Assembly (NCBI GenBank): GCA_047601445.1
Contig: JASGJH010000001.1
Span: 512,001-576,000 of the forward strand
Direction: 5' to 3'
Source: Myxococcales bacterium
GTDB taxonomy: Bacteria > Myxococcota_A > Polyangia > Polyangiales > DASUME01
DNA: 64,000 nt
Shown: piece by piece, positions 29,938-41,906 of the stretch
How positions within the stretch are numbered: the first letter of the stretch is position 1
Layout: each line of letters starts with the position of its first letter
Notes under the pieces: generated by a model
Database searches by the model: none
What the model was told of the DNA's origin: nothing
The model's input: the letters and a program-made list of their open reading frames with translations, nothing else
Made by a program: the position numbers and the translations under genes

Positions 29938-30747
29938 TCACTTGAGCTGGTCGAGCAAGACCTGGGCATTGGCTCTGCGGAACTCGCCGTAGGCGCCGCT
30001 TGCGAAGGGCAAGAGCGCTTCGCGCGCGGCGTCCCGCTGCCCGAGGCGCATCAGCGCGACACCACGGTTGTAGCGCGCTTCGATCGCCAAGGGGCCGCTC
30101 GATTCGGCGGCCAAGAAGGCGTCCCAAGCGGCCAGGGCAGCCTGGGGAGAGCCCCGATACTGGAGCTGATGGGCCGCCATGTAGAGGGCCTTGCGCTGCG
30201 CCACGCTGGCCGGCGTCGCGGAAGAGAGGGGCAGCTGCTCGGGGCTCGCGGGGAGCACCTCGACCGGAGCGGCTTCCGCGCCGACGCCCCGACGTCCTAC
30301 GGCCCCGCCACCGCGCGAGCCGGAAGGTCGCGTGCCCGTACTCGTGCTCGTGCCCGTGCCCGTACTCGTGCCCGTGCCCCTGCCCGTGCTCGTACCCGTA
30401 CTCGTGCCCGTGCCCGTACTCGTACTCGTACTCGTGCTGGGCGCCTCGGACCCTTCAAGGAGGACACGGTGTGTCGGCCGAACTGCCGGTGGAGCGCCGC
30501 GCTCGGAGCCGGTCTCGACGTACCAGGCAAACGCCGTGGACAACGTGAGCAGGGCCGCGACCAAGACCAGCGCATGGGTCCGCCGTCGAGTTCGGACGGC
30601 GCGTTCCTGCAAGCTGCGCTGGATCCGCTGGCGCGTCGCTTCGCCGTGATCCGGACTGGGCACACCCTGGCTGCGCATGAGACCGATCGCCGCCTGGAAG
30701 TCGGCGTCGAGTTCGGCGTCCGTGGGGGCCGAGGACGGGCTCTTCAT
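29938..30747 (-). CDS. Single-TM putative anti-sigma factor with Ser/Thr/Gly repeat linker and C-terminal TPR-like domain
   Basis: ATGA-coupled to the ECF sigma gene; TM helix; EARYNRGVALMRLG. Confidence 0.7.
   Translation of the reverse strand: MKSPSSAPTDAELDADFQAAIGLMRSQGVPSPDHGEATRQRIQRSLQERAVRTRRRTHALVLVAALLTLSTAFAWYVETGSERGAPPAVRPTHRVLLEGSEAPSTSTSTSTGTGTSTGTSTGRGTGTSTGTGTSTSTGTRPSGSRGGGAVGRRGVGAEAAPVEVLPASPEQLPLSSATPASVAQRKALYMAAHQLQYRGSPQAALAAWDAFLAAESSGPLAIEARYNRGVALMRLGQRDAAREALLPFASGAYGEFRRANAQVLLDQLK
30331..30438. repeat. Coding hexamer microsatellite (CGTRCY)18 encoding (S/G)T
   Basis: 18 consecutive 6-mers, 17 of which match CGTRCY. Confidence 0.9.
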
Positions 30748-31394
30748 CGCGCCTCCTCCCTCGTGAGCCGGGCCAGGCTCTTGCGCAGTTTCTTGCGCGC
30801 ATGAAAGCAGCGGGTTCGCACCGTGGCCTCGGGCACGTCGAGCAGCTGGGCCACCTCGAGCGCGCTGCGCTCTTCGAGCTCGCACAGTACGAACGCCGTG
30901 CGTTGCTCGAGCGACAACGCGTCCAGTGCCTCGTGAAGCCGCGCCATCCGTTCGCGCGCCGCGTGCTCGCCATCGAGCGACGGAACGGGCTCGCGCTCGG
31001 CTGCGAAGCGCATCAGCGCCGCCCGCTTGCGGCTGGCGCTGCGCACGTGTCGACTCGCCAGGTTCGCCGCCACGCCCACCAAAAAGCTGCGCAGGCTGCT
31101 CTGACCGCGGAACTTGCGCACCAGCTTCGGCACCTCCACGAACACGTCGTGCACCAGGTCCTCAGCGAGCGCCGTATCGCCCACCAGGCGTTGCGCGAAG
31201 GCACGCAGGACACCGTGATGCGCGCGGTACAGCTCGTCGATGGCCGCCGGTTCCGCGTTGCGCAGGCGCTCCACCAGGGCGAGCTCCAGCTCGCTCGCGC
31301 CCACCGACGCAGGCTGACTGGTCTTCGCCGCGAACAGTCGTGCCATGTGCGCCCGGAAGTCCAACTTGCCCATCGCGTAGCCAGTCGCCATCAT
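30744..31394 (-). CDS. ECF RNA polymerase sigma-70 factor
   Basis: AEDLVHDVF...KFRGQSSLRSFL; LDALSLEQRTAFVLCELE...PEATVRTR. Confidence 0.9.
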   Translation of the reverse strand: MMATGYAMGKLDFRAHMARLFAAKTSQPASVGASELELALVERLRNAEPAAIDELYRAHHGVLRAFAQRLVGDTALAEDLVHDVFVEVPKLVRKFRGQSSLRSFLVGVAANLASRHVRSASRKRAALMRFAAEREPVPSLDGEHAARERMARLHEALDALSLEQRTAFVLCELEERSALEVAQLLDVPEATVRTRCFHARKKLRKSLARLTREEAR

Positions 31395-31421
31395 CCATGG
31401 ACCTCCGCGGCAAGGGAAGCT

Positions 31422-31997
31422 TCAGTAGTGAGCGCTCCACCGGAGACCAAGTGCAAACACCCCACCTTGCCTTGTCGGCAGAGCGAGCTGGGGGCTGAAC
31501 CCACGAAGCAGCTTCAGCTCGCGATCGATGGTGCGGGTCCTACGGCGTGCCCACACGATCTCTCTCATGGCCAGACCCAGCCACATTCCGCCCACACATC
31601 CGCCCGAAAAGCCGAGCCAATAAATGGCTTCATCCCGCGCTCGATCGGGGCAGGCGGCGGTATTGCCCAGCGTGCCATCGGCATCGCAGCCCGCCGTAGC
31701 GAACGCACCATAGGTGACCAAGCCGAGTGACGCGGCGATCGTCAGCGCCGATAACCCTGCCTGAATGCGAGGTCCCCGGCGATGAATCGCCGCTCGTTCG
31801 CGCTCGAGCTCGCTCACTCGTTTCGCGTTCAGCGCAAGCGCCCCCTGTAGGGGGCTTGGGTCGGGGGTGATCGCTGCATGTTGCTGATGGGGTTGCTTCG
31901 CGTCGGACTGCGGTGAGGACACGGGAGGACGAGAGCTGTGCGGCACGCAGCCCATCATCGAGAGCCACAGCAAGCACGCGCACGCCACGCGCCTCAA
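31422..31997 (-). CDS. Hypothetical lipoprotein with C-terminal hydrophobic hairpin
   Basis: Own signal peptide (RRVACACLLWLSMMGC). It appears fused to the upstream gene in the ORF track only because of a frameshift. Start is TTG 31997 or GTG 31988. Confidence 0.6.
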   Translation of the reverse strand: MRRVACACLLWLSMMGCVPHSSRPPVSSPQSDAKQPHQQHAAITPDPSPLQGALALNAKRVSELERERAAIHRRGPRIQAGLSALTIAASLGLVTYGAFATAGCDADGTLGNTAACPDRARDEAIYWLGFSGGCVGGMWLGLAMREIVWARRRTRTIDRELKLLRGFSPQLALPTRQGGVFALGLRWSAHY

Positions 31998-32945
31998 AAC
32001 GAACCTCGCAGGCCGATGCTCCATGCCGCACGCGGGGAGCCCACGCCCGGCTCGAGCGAGAGCGTTGCTCCTCGCAGCAATTTCGATCTCGCGGCCCAGC
32101 TCTCGGAACTTGGCCAAGCGTGAGAAGCCGCGGGGTAGGGTGATCGCCAACATGGTCGCGGCCGCGGCGCCAAAGCCCAGGCCGAGAGGCAAGAGGACTC
32201 GCCCCGTGTTGCGCACCGTGCAATCACGGTAGCCGCTCCAGTCCTCATCGCAGTCTGTAAACATGAATGCGGCGCCGTAGGCGGCGAAGGTGACACCGAG
32301 CACACCGAAGCCGCCCCCGACGACCGCCCACGCGAAGGGCCGCACGAAATGGATTTGGCTGCGCTCCGCGTCGAGCTCGGCCAGACGTTGAGCGTGTGGA
32401 TGCACCTGTAGCGGCGCTCCGGGCGGAGGGGACTGTGGGGCAGGGCCTTGTGGAAGGGCGGCATGCTCGCCGCCCGCGCTTTCGGCTCCCGCGTATGCCC
32501 CGATCGGGACCAGCCCTCGATTTTGTGCCTCCCAGCGCAGCCAGTTGGGGTCCCGGCACTGCAGCGAGCTCACTTCGGCGACCAGCTCGTCGTACCAGCC
32601 CGCAACCTTGCGGTGCATGGTGCGCTGCTCCTCGGGCACGTCCACGTTGAGAGAGGCGTCCGGGCCCACGCTGATCAACCAGCGCACGCGCGCCACAGCC
32701 GGATTACTGGCGCTGGTACGGGTTGCCTCGAGGTAGGTCGGAGACTGGGCCTTCACGATGACGTAGTGGCGTGCTTGCAGTGCGAGCAAGGTCGCCAAAT
32801 ACGTGCGCTCACGATCGAGCTCCGAGCTCGACGTGGAGACTGGACAGCCCGCCGTGTTGTGAAGGGACCAGTTGGTTTCCTTCTTCACACAGCCGGACAG
32901 CAAGGCATGCAGCAAAAGAAAAAGGCACGCGAATTGGGTTCGCAT
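31994..32945 (-). pseudogene. Hypothetical lipoprotein, frameshifted at about 32081-32084 (probably a sequencing error)
   Basis: Lipobox LSGC. Removing one base gives ...RELGREI(E/K)LLRG...WSIGLRGSF*, which parallels the neighbour's ...DRELKLLRG...ALGLRWSAHY*. Confidence 0.6.
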
Positions 32946-32995
32946 GCCCTGAGTCTCCGCAGCCCCTGCGGACGTTCAAAGTTTCTCGGGGTGAA

Positions 32996-33771
32996 TCAGC
33001 CCGAACCCGAGACGGCCTTCTCCGGACGCTCGCGCGCCGAGGCCTTGACGAAGTCGCGGTTCATGCGGGCGATGAAAGCGATGCTGATTTCCTTCGGGCA
33101 GGCAGCCTCGCACTCGCGGTGGTTGGTGCAGTTGCCGAAGCCTTCCGCGTCCATCTGGCGCACCATGGCGAGCACGCGCCGATCGCGCTGGGGCTCACCC
33201 TGCGGCAGCAGGCCCAGGTGGCCGACCTTGGCGCTGGTGAAGAGCGAGGCCGAGGCGTTGGGGCAGGCTGCGACGCAAGCACCGCAGCCGATGCAGGCGG
33301 CCGCGTCGAACGCCAGGTCGGCGTCCGTCTTGTTCACGCGAATGCCGTTGGCCTCGGGGGCCGAGCCGGCACGCACCGAGATGTAGCCGCCGGACTGAAT
33401 GATGCGGTCGAAGGAGCTGCGGTCGACCACCAAGTCACGCAGCACCGGGAAGGCGCGCGCGCGGAAGGGTTCGACCCAGATCTCGTCGCCGCTCTTGAAC
33501 GTGCGCATGTGCAGCTGGCAGGCGGTGGTGGCCGACTGCGGGCCGTGCGGCACGCCGTTGATCATGATGCCGCACATGCCGCAGATACCCTCGCGGCAAT
33601 CGCTGTCGAACGCGATGGGCTCCTCGCCCTTCGCGATCAACGTCTCGTTCAAGATGTCGAGCATCTCCAGGAACGAAGCGTGCTCGGTGACCTTGAGCTC
33701 GTAGTGGACGAACTTGCCTTCGGCCTGGGGCGCAGGCTGACGCCACACGTGGAGGTGAATGTTCAGCTCGC

Positions 33772-33775
<4 letters not shown>
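32996..33775 (-). CDS. sdhB: Succinate dehydrogenase/fumarate reductase iron-sulfur subunit
   Basis: [34 protein letters not shown]. Confidence 0.95.
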
Positions 33776-35715
<1,940 letters not shown>

Positions 35716-35733
35716 GTTCGCGAACCTTTTCCT

Positions 35734-36438
35734 TTACTCCGCAGCTTCCGCATCGTCCGACAGGACAGGGTCGACCGGCTGGAGATTGCCGGTGAGAACC
35801 GAGAGCGGCACCGAGATGAAGCCGAGCACGATCACCACGGTGAGCGCTCCGGCGATGCCCGAGCGCAGGCCGTTGTACTTGGGATGGTCGAGGCCCAGCG
35901 TCTGCGTGAGGCTCCAGATGCCGTGATAGAGGTGCATCCCGAGCACGCCCATGGCCGCGATGTAGAGCACCGCGATGACCGGGTTGGCGAGCGCTTGCGT
36001 CAGGTTGTTGTAGACGTCGCCATGGACGAACACGAACGCATTGCCGACGCCGACCGTGAGCGTCAGCACGTGATAGAGGATGAACGAGAGCAGCAGGATG
36101 CCGCCGTAGCGCATGGTCAGTGCGGCGTAGTTCGTCGCCAGGTTCTTGCGCTGCATGTACTGCTTGGGTCGCGCCTCGGCGCTCTTGCCCCAAAGCGCGA
36201 ACGCGCACTGGATGTGCACCGCCAGGGCCGCCAGCAACACGATGCGCTGGCCCCACAGGAGCGGCGGGTTGTTCGCCAAGAAGCCCGCATACTCGTTGTA
36301 CTTGTCGCGGCCCGCGAAGGCGCCCAGGTGACCGAGCATGTGGAGGATGACCCATCCCACCACGATGAGTCCCGAGGTGGCCATCGCCACCTTCTTGCCG
36401 ATGGTGGTCCCGTAGAATGTCATTACCCTGGTCGTCAT
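35734..36438 (-). CDS. sdhC: Succinate dehydrogenase cytochrome b subunit
   Basis: TTIGKKVAMATSG; five TM helices with heme His residues; RBS GGAG. Confidence 0.9.
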   Translation of the reverse strand: MTTRVMTFYGTTIGKKVAMATSGLIVVGWVILHMLGHLGAFAGRDKYNEYAGFLANNPPLLWGQRIVLLAALAVHIQCAFALWGKSAEARPKQYMQRKNLATNYAALTMRYGGILLLSFILYHVLTLTVGVGNAFVFVHGDVYNNLTQALANPVIAVLYIAAMGVLGMHLYHGIWSLTQTLGLDHPKYNGLRSGIAGALTVVIVLGFISVPLSVLTGNLQPVDPVLSDDAEAAE

Positions 36439-36648
36439 CGCATCTCCTCCGGTCCGACCGCAGTTCTCGCGAGGCCTGCTTCTCGTCACAGGTGGGCTCG
36501 TCGAGCGCGCGGGGCAGACTGGGCAGCCGACGGCGCGGCGCGCGGGCCGTCGGATCTCAGATCGTGGGAGGCTCCGTGGCCTCACCGAGACGGCGAGCGA
36601 TTTAGCATATTTGCCGCACAGGGTCTACCGATTGGCAATCACCTGAGC

Positions 36649-37851
36649 TCAGTTGTTCGCGTCGCTCGGGGGGTCCAGGTAGTCGACCAATTCCCCGCGA
36701 AATGTTCGCAGCGTGGTGGAAACACCCGACCGCGCCACGATGTAGTTGGGACCTACTGGAACCTTGCCACGTCCGTGGGGGGTATCCACGATGAACTTGG
36801 GCAAGGCGATGCCGCTCAGACGTCCCTGCAGGGCCGCCATGATCTCGAGCCCGGTATCGAGCGGGGTCCGCAGGTGGCCAGTGCCGCGCACAGGGTCAGC
36901 CTGCAGCAGGTAATAGGGACGCACCCGGGTTCGCACGAGGCCTCGAAATAGCTGCTCGAGCACCTGGGCGTCGTCGTTCACGCCGCGCAACAGCACGGTG
37001 TGGTTCATCACGGGGATGCCGTGGTCCACCAGCATGGCGCAGGCACGCTTCGCCTCTGCGCTCAGCTCGCGCGGGTGGTTGAAGTGGGTCATCAGCCAGA
37101 CGGCAGGGTGGGCGCGCAGAGCCCGGCACAACTCGGGCGTGATGCGCTGGGGCAAGGTCACGGGCGTCCGCGAGGCGACACGCAGATTGCCGATGCTCTC
37201 GATCTCGGCCAGTGCCTCGAGCAACGCTTGCAAGCGCTCGGTCTTCATCACCAGGGGATCGCCCCCGGACACGATGACCTCCTGGACCGCGGGATGCGCA
37301 CGCAGATAGGCCAGGGCGGGCTCCAGGCTGGCCAGGCTGCGTGTGCCGCCGCCGTTGCCCACCATGCGGGAGCGCGTGCAGAAGCGGCAGTAGACCGAGC
37401 AGCGATCGGTGGCGATCAAGAGGGCGCGATCCGGGTAGCGCTGCACCAGATGCGGAGCGACCTCGTTGGCCTCCTCGCCGAGCGGGTCTCTCAGATCGCC
37501 CGCCACCTCGCGACCTTCGAGGGCGTGAGGGACGCATTGGCGGCGGATGGGGCAGGCCGGATCGTGACGGTCGATGAGGGACGCGTAATAAGGCGTGATC
37601 GAGAGCGGGAAGCCGCCCGCAAGGGCACGCTCGGTCCCCTGCCGCTCGAGCGGGGTCAGGGCCACGGCGGCGTCCAAGGCAGCGAGATCCGTGATGGCGT
37701 TGGCCAGCTGCCAGCGCCAATCCGTGGCTTCCTGCGGCCCACCAGGTTCGGACAGGCCGACCTGAGAACCTTGAGCACGCTCCTGAAGCTCTCGCGCTAC
37801 CGGCGGTTCCGGCCGATCAGACAGCGCGAGCTGCCTCTTCGTCGACGACAT
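36649..37851 (-). CDS. KamA-family radical SAM protein (lysine 2,3-aminomutase-like)
   Basis: DWRWQL, ITPYY, RYPDR, CSVYCRFCTR, SGGDPL, THFNHP, VLLRGVND, RPYYL, GRGKVP. Confidence 0.9.
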   Translation of the reverse strand: MSSTKRQLALSDRPEPPVARELQERAQGSQVGLSEPGGPQEATDWRWQLANAITDLAALDAAVALTPLERQGTERALAGGFPLSITPYYASLIDRHDPACPIRRQCVPHALEGREVAGDLRDPLGEEANEVAPHLVQRYPDRALLIATDRCSVYCRFCTRSRMVGNGGGTRSLASLEPALAYLRAHPAVQEVIVSGGDPLVMKTERLQALLEALAEIESIGNLRVASRTPVTLPQRITPELCRALRAHPAVWLMTHFNHPRELSAEAKRACAMLVDHGIPVMNHTVLLRGVNDDAQVLEQLFRGLVRTRVRPYYLLQADPVRGTGHLRTPLDTGLEIMAALQGRLSGIALPKFIVDTPHGRGKVPVGPNYIVARSGVSTTLRTFRGELVDYLDPPSDANN

Positions 37852-38303
37852 CGCCGGCGAGCTTAGTCGACGAGGACGATCTGGGCTCGCGTCCCCCGCA
37901 TGTGGCGCGCTGCGGGGCTCCCCCTGGGTCGCCCTGGCACAGATGGCGTGATGCCGGTTGGGGAAGGGCACCAGTGCTCGCCCGGGACTAGCCGAAAGCA
38001 GCGCCCCCAAAAATGTAGTCGTGCCTAACAATTCACGGCGGGGGGGCCTATTCCCAAATGTGAGAACTGCGACGCAGAGACAAGCACGATGTTGTAATGC
38101 TGCTGTTAATTGCCAAGTGATATCAGTAAATCTCGGGTTATCCTCGATGTGCGGATGCGTAGGGCAAGCCGGTGCGCTACATCCCGAGAGTCGCTAGCCG
38201 TGTCACCTCGAGACACCGGCTTGCTCCTGTTTGACGGACTCGGACCCTGAGCGGGCCGGGGTTCCGCGGCAGCGTAGTCCCCTCAACCGAGAGCCCACCC
38301 GCG

Positions 38304-40079
38304 ATGACGACGACGCAACTGACCAAGAATCCCACCTTGTTGGCGTGGGTCGACGAGCAAGCAAAGCTGACCAAGCCGGAAAAGATTGTCTGGGTCGATG
38401 GCAGCGACGAAGAGCACAAGCGGCTGACCGAAATCGCCCTGGCCGAGGGAGCCATCGAGCCCCTCAACCCCGAGAAGCTCCCCGGTTGCTTCTACAGTCG
38501 CTCGAACCCGAATGACGTTGCGCGCGTCGAGCACCTTACCTTTATCTGCACGCCCACCAAGGAAGAGGCCGGTCCCACCAACAACTGGATGGCCCCCGAC
38601 GAGGCGTACAAGAAGCTGCGTGGTCTCTTCGACGGCTCCATGAAGGGCCGCACCATGTACGTCATCCCGTACGTCATGGGACCGCTGGGCTCGCCGATTA
38701 GTAAGGTGGGCGTGGAGCTCACCGACAGCGTCTACGTGGTGCTCAACATGCGCATCATGGCGCGCATGGGCAAAGGGGCCCTCGACCAGCTGGGCAACTC
38801 CAACGACTTCAATCGCGGTCTCCACTCGACGCTCGACATCAACCCCGAGCGTCGTTTCATTTGTCACTTCCCGCAGGACAACACCATCTGGTCCGTGGGC
38901 TCGGGCTACGGTGGCAACGTCCTGCTCGGCAAGAAGTGCCTGGCGCTCCGCATCGGCAGCTACCTCGGTCGCAAGGAAGGCTGGCTCGCCGAGCACATGC
39001 TCATCCTCGGCGTCGAGAACCCGCAGGGCGAGACCCACTACGTGGCAGCCGCGTTCCCCAGCGCGTGCGGCAAGACCAACTTCGCCATGCTCATCCCGCC
39101 CCAGCACTACAAGGGCTGGAAGGTGTGGACAGTCGGCGACGACATCGCCTGGATGAAGGTCGGTGAGGACGGCCGTCTGTGGGCCATCAACCCCGAGGCC
39201 GGTTACTTCGGCGTGGCGCCCGGCACCAGCATGAAGTCCAACCCGAACGCCATGAAGACCGTGCTCAAGAACACGATCTTCACGAACGTGGCGAAGACGG
39301 AGGACGGCGACGTGTGGTGGGAAGGCAAGGACGGCGAAGTCCCCCAGCGCATGACCGATTGGCAAGGACGCCCCTGGGTCAAGGGCGAGTCCAAGGAGAA
39401 GGCGGCGCACCCGAACTCTCGCTTCACCGCGCCCGCCATCAACAACCCCGCGCTCTCGCCCCACGCCAACGATCCGCAGGGCGTGCCGATCAGCGCCATC
39501 ATCTTCGGTGGCCGTCGCGCCACCACCGTGCCGCTCGTCATGGAGTCCTTCAACTGGGCGCACGGCGTGTACTTCGGCGCCACCATGGGCTCCGAGACCA
39601 CGGCTGCCGCGGTCGGTCAGGTCGGCATCGTGCGTCGCGACCCGATGGCGATGCTGCCCTTCTGCGGATACAACGTGGGCGATTACTTCGAGCATTGGCT
39701 CGGCATGCAGAACCGCATCAAGAACCCGCCCAAGATCTTCATGGTCAACTGGTTCCGCCAGAAGGACGGCAAGTTCGTGTGGCCCGGCTTCGGCGACAAC
39801 ATGCGCGTGCTCAAGTGGGTGCTGGATCGCGTCGAGGGCAAGGTCCCCGCGCGTGAGACCGTGGTCGGCATGGTGCCGCGCGACGGCGATCTCGACACGC
39901 AGGCGCTCGATGCGCAGCCCGGCGATCTCGAGGCTGCCATGCGCGTAGACCTGGGCGAGTGGAAGCAGGAGCTCGAGGGCCAGGCCGACTGGTTCGAGCA
40001 GGTGGGCAGCACGCTGCCCAAGGCGCTCAAGCTGCAGCGCGAGATGCTCATCGAGCGCGTGGCTCAGGCCACCCGCTGA
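38304..40079 (+). CDS. pckG: Phosphoenolpyruvate carboxykinase (GTP)
   Basis: DVARVE, GSGYGGN, AFPSACGKTN, VGDDIAW, AHPNSRF, DPMAMLPFCGY. Confidence 0.97.
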   Translation: MTTTQLTKNPTLLAWVDEQAKLTKPEKIVWVDGSDEEHKRLTEIALAEGAIEPLNPEKLPGCFYSRSNPNDVARVEHLTFICTPTKEEAGPTNNWMAPDEAYKKLRGLFDGSMKGRTMYVIPYVMGPLGSPISKVGVELTDSVYVVLNMRIMARMGKGALDQLGNSNDFNRGLHSTLDINPERRFICHFPQDNTIWSVGSGYGGNVLLGKKCLALRIGSYLGRKEGWLAEHMLILGVENPQGETHYVAAAFPSACGKTNFAMLIPPQHYKGWKVWTVGDDIAWMKVGEDGRLWAINPEAGYFGVAPGTSMKSNPNAMKTVLKNTIFTNVAKTEDGDVWWEGKDGEVPQRMTDWQGRPWVKGESKEKAAHPNSRFTAPAINNPALSPHANDPQGVPISAIIFGGRRATTVPLVMESFNWAHGVYFGATMGSETTAAAVGQVGIVRRDPMAMLPFCGYNVGDYFEHWLGMQNRIKNPPKIFMVNWFRQKDGKFVWPGFGDNMRVLKWVLDRVEGKVPARETVVGMVPRDGDLDTQALDAQPGDLEAAMRVDLGEWKQELEGQADWFEQVGSTLPKALKLQREMLIERVAQATR

Positions 40080-40104
40080 GCCTTCGCCAGCTACGTAGCG
40101 AGAC

Positions 40105-40139
40105 CCCGTGAGGCCCAAGCCTCGCGGGTTTTTTGTTTT
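40105..40139 (+). terminator. Intrinsic terminator after pckG
   Basis: CCCGTGAGGC-ccaa-GCCTCGCGGG followed by TTTTTTGTTTT. Confidence 0.85.
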
Positions 40140-40169
40140 CGTGGGTGGGCGCGAAACGTCGTCGCAAGC

Positions 40170-41010
40170 TCACCTGGGCTGGCACTTGCCGGTCACCTTC
40201 GTGCGCACGATCGCATAGGGATAGAAGCAGAAGTCGTCGGGGTTCGAGCAGGCGGCATCTTCGCGACAATAGCCATTGGGTTTGGCCGCTGCTGCAGTAG
40301 CCGACACCGGCATCCGGCGGGATGAAGCAGCCGCCGCCAAAGAAGCAATGGTCGACCTTGCTGCAGTCGTCGCCATCTTGGCGATCGCTGCACGTACGTA
40401 TCCCGGCGTCGTCAAGGTGGGTGACGCAGGTCCGTTCGAGGCAGTCTCGGTCGTCGTCGCATGGTCTGCCATCTAGGCCGGATGAACAGGTCATCCCCGT
40501 GGGCGTGTCGACGCAGTGGTGACCATCGGGGCAGTCCGTGTTGCTCGTGCACGATTGCTCGACTGCGGTGCAGACACCTTGGAAAACGCCTTCGACGAGA
40601 CCCCGACACACCAGCGACGCGCAGTCCGTGTGTTCGGAGCAGACGCTGCCTTCCTTGCCGTCGGTGCAGTGCCCCAAGCGCGGGATCCCGTTGTAGGTCG
40701 TGCTCACGCAGAACCCAGTGTTGCAACCCGCATTTCCCCAGCAGGCGGAACCCAAGTCACCCGTGGTGCAAATCTGCGCAATGCCGTGATCGTCGTCGAT
40801 GCAGAAGCCGCCCGGGCAGGGACCGCTCTCGCGGCAGATCGGCCCGACGAACGTGGCGTCGTTGGCATCGGCGGCTCCATCGGAGGCGTCGGCGTCGGCG
40901 TCGGGGAGGCTCGCGTCCACCCAACGGCTCGAGGGGTCGTTCTCGACACACGCCCCGCCGAGCAGCACGATCAGGTGCGCGAACCGCCGAGTTGGGCGGG
41001 TTCCAATCAT
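40170..41010 (-). pseudogene. Cys-rich repeat lipoprotein, frameshifted at about 40284 (probably a sequencing error)
   Basis: Lipobox GGAC; repeated G..C....DC....C units. The pattern continues in another frame as KPNGYCREDAACSNPDDFC...KCQPR*. Confidence 0.65.
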
Positions 41011-41174
41011 GCGGAAGAGCTCTCCAACGTAAAACGAGAGAATTGCTGAGCTTGATTGCGCTGCGCTGCCCCTTCTGGCCCAAATTCGTCCTGATCACCC
41101 CTGCCTGGGCTTGTGGTTTTCCCAGGTCCGACGTCTAAGGGCGTCGGCTCTCTTTTACCTGTGGGGGAAATTGC

Positions 41175-41855
41175 ATGCGCATTCAGTCTCTGCTTGGGCT
41201 CTCGGTGTTGACCTTGGTTGCGGCCGCGTCGAGCGGCTGTGGTGTTCGCTTGCTGCGTACGCCCACCAACGTGTCCGACGCGCAGCCGATCAAGATCGAG
41301 GGCTACTCCTCCAAGAGCCGCTCGTTCGACAACGGAGTGCTCAAGATCGGGAGCTACGCCGTGAACAACGTCGACCGCGACTGGCAAAAGGGCTCCGGCG
41401 TGGAGGCTGGCCCGTTCTCCAAGGAGAAGAAGAAGAACGCCTATCGCTACGACATCACGGCCCAGGCCCGCACCTTGCACGGCGAGTGCACCGAGGAGCA
41501 GGTCGCCAAGGGCGTGGCCGGGTTCGGTTCGACCCACGTGACCTTCGGCTGTGCATGCACGGAGGGCGAAAAACAGGTCTCCAAGATCGACGTGGTGGAC
41601 GGCGCTGGCACGGTTCAGGTGGGCGAGGGCGTCACCTACAACGTGACGAGCCTCAACGACGTCGAGGGCGGCGGCACCTCGAACAGTGCGCTGGGCTATC
41701 AGTTCCAGGGCCCGCAGGGGTTGGGTGTGGTGGACGTGAGCGGCACCGGGCGCGCCTGGGTTCCCGCCAACTCGGCCGAAGATGACACCTTCGGGCTGGC
41801 CTGCAGTTACGCGGGCCTGCTGCTGTACCGCCCGGCCTCCGGCTCGATGTTCTGA
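41175..41855 (+). CDS. Hypothetical lipoprotein
   Basis: Signal peptide with SSGC; strong codon bias. Confidence 0.8.
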   Translation: MRIQSLLGLSVLTLVAAASSGCGVRLLRTPTNVSDAQPIKIEGYSSKSRSFDNGVLKIGSYAVNNVDRDWQKGSGVEAGPFSKEKKKNAYRYDITAQARTLHGECTEEQVAKGVAGFGSTHVTFGCACTEGEKQVSKIDVVDGAGTVQVGEGVTYNVTSLNDVEGGGTSNSALGYQFQGPQGLGVVDVSGTGRAWVPANSAEDDTFGLACSYAGLLLYRPASGSMF

Positions 41856-41906
41856 TGTGCGTGACTTGAGCTGACCCGCGGCCAGCTGAGCTATGCTGCG
41901 GCGCGG

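Noticed and set aside
31422..32945. Single 507-aa protein as in the ORF track
   Set aside because: An internal second signal peptide and parallel C-termini indicate two genes joined by a frameshift.
36649..37851. Radical SAM gene as a RiPP maturase
   Set aside because: Motifs are those of the KamA aminomutase family, and no precursor peptide or SPASM domain is evident.
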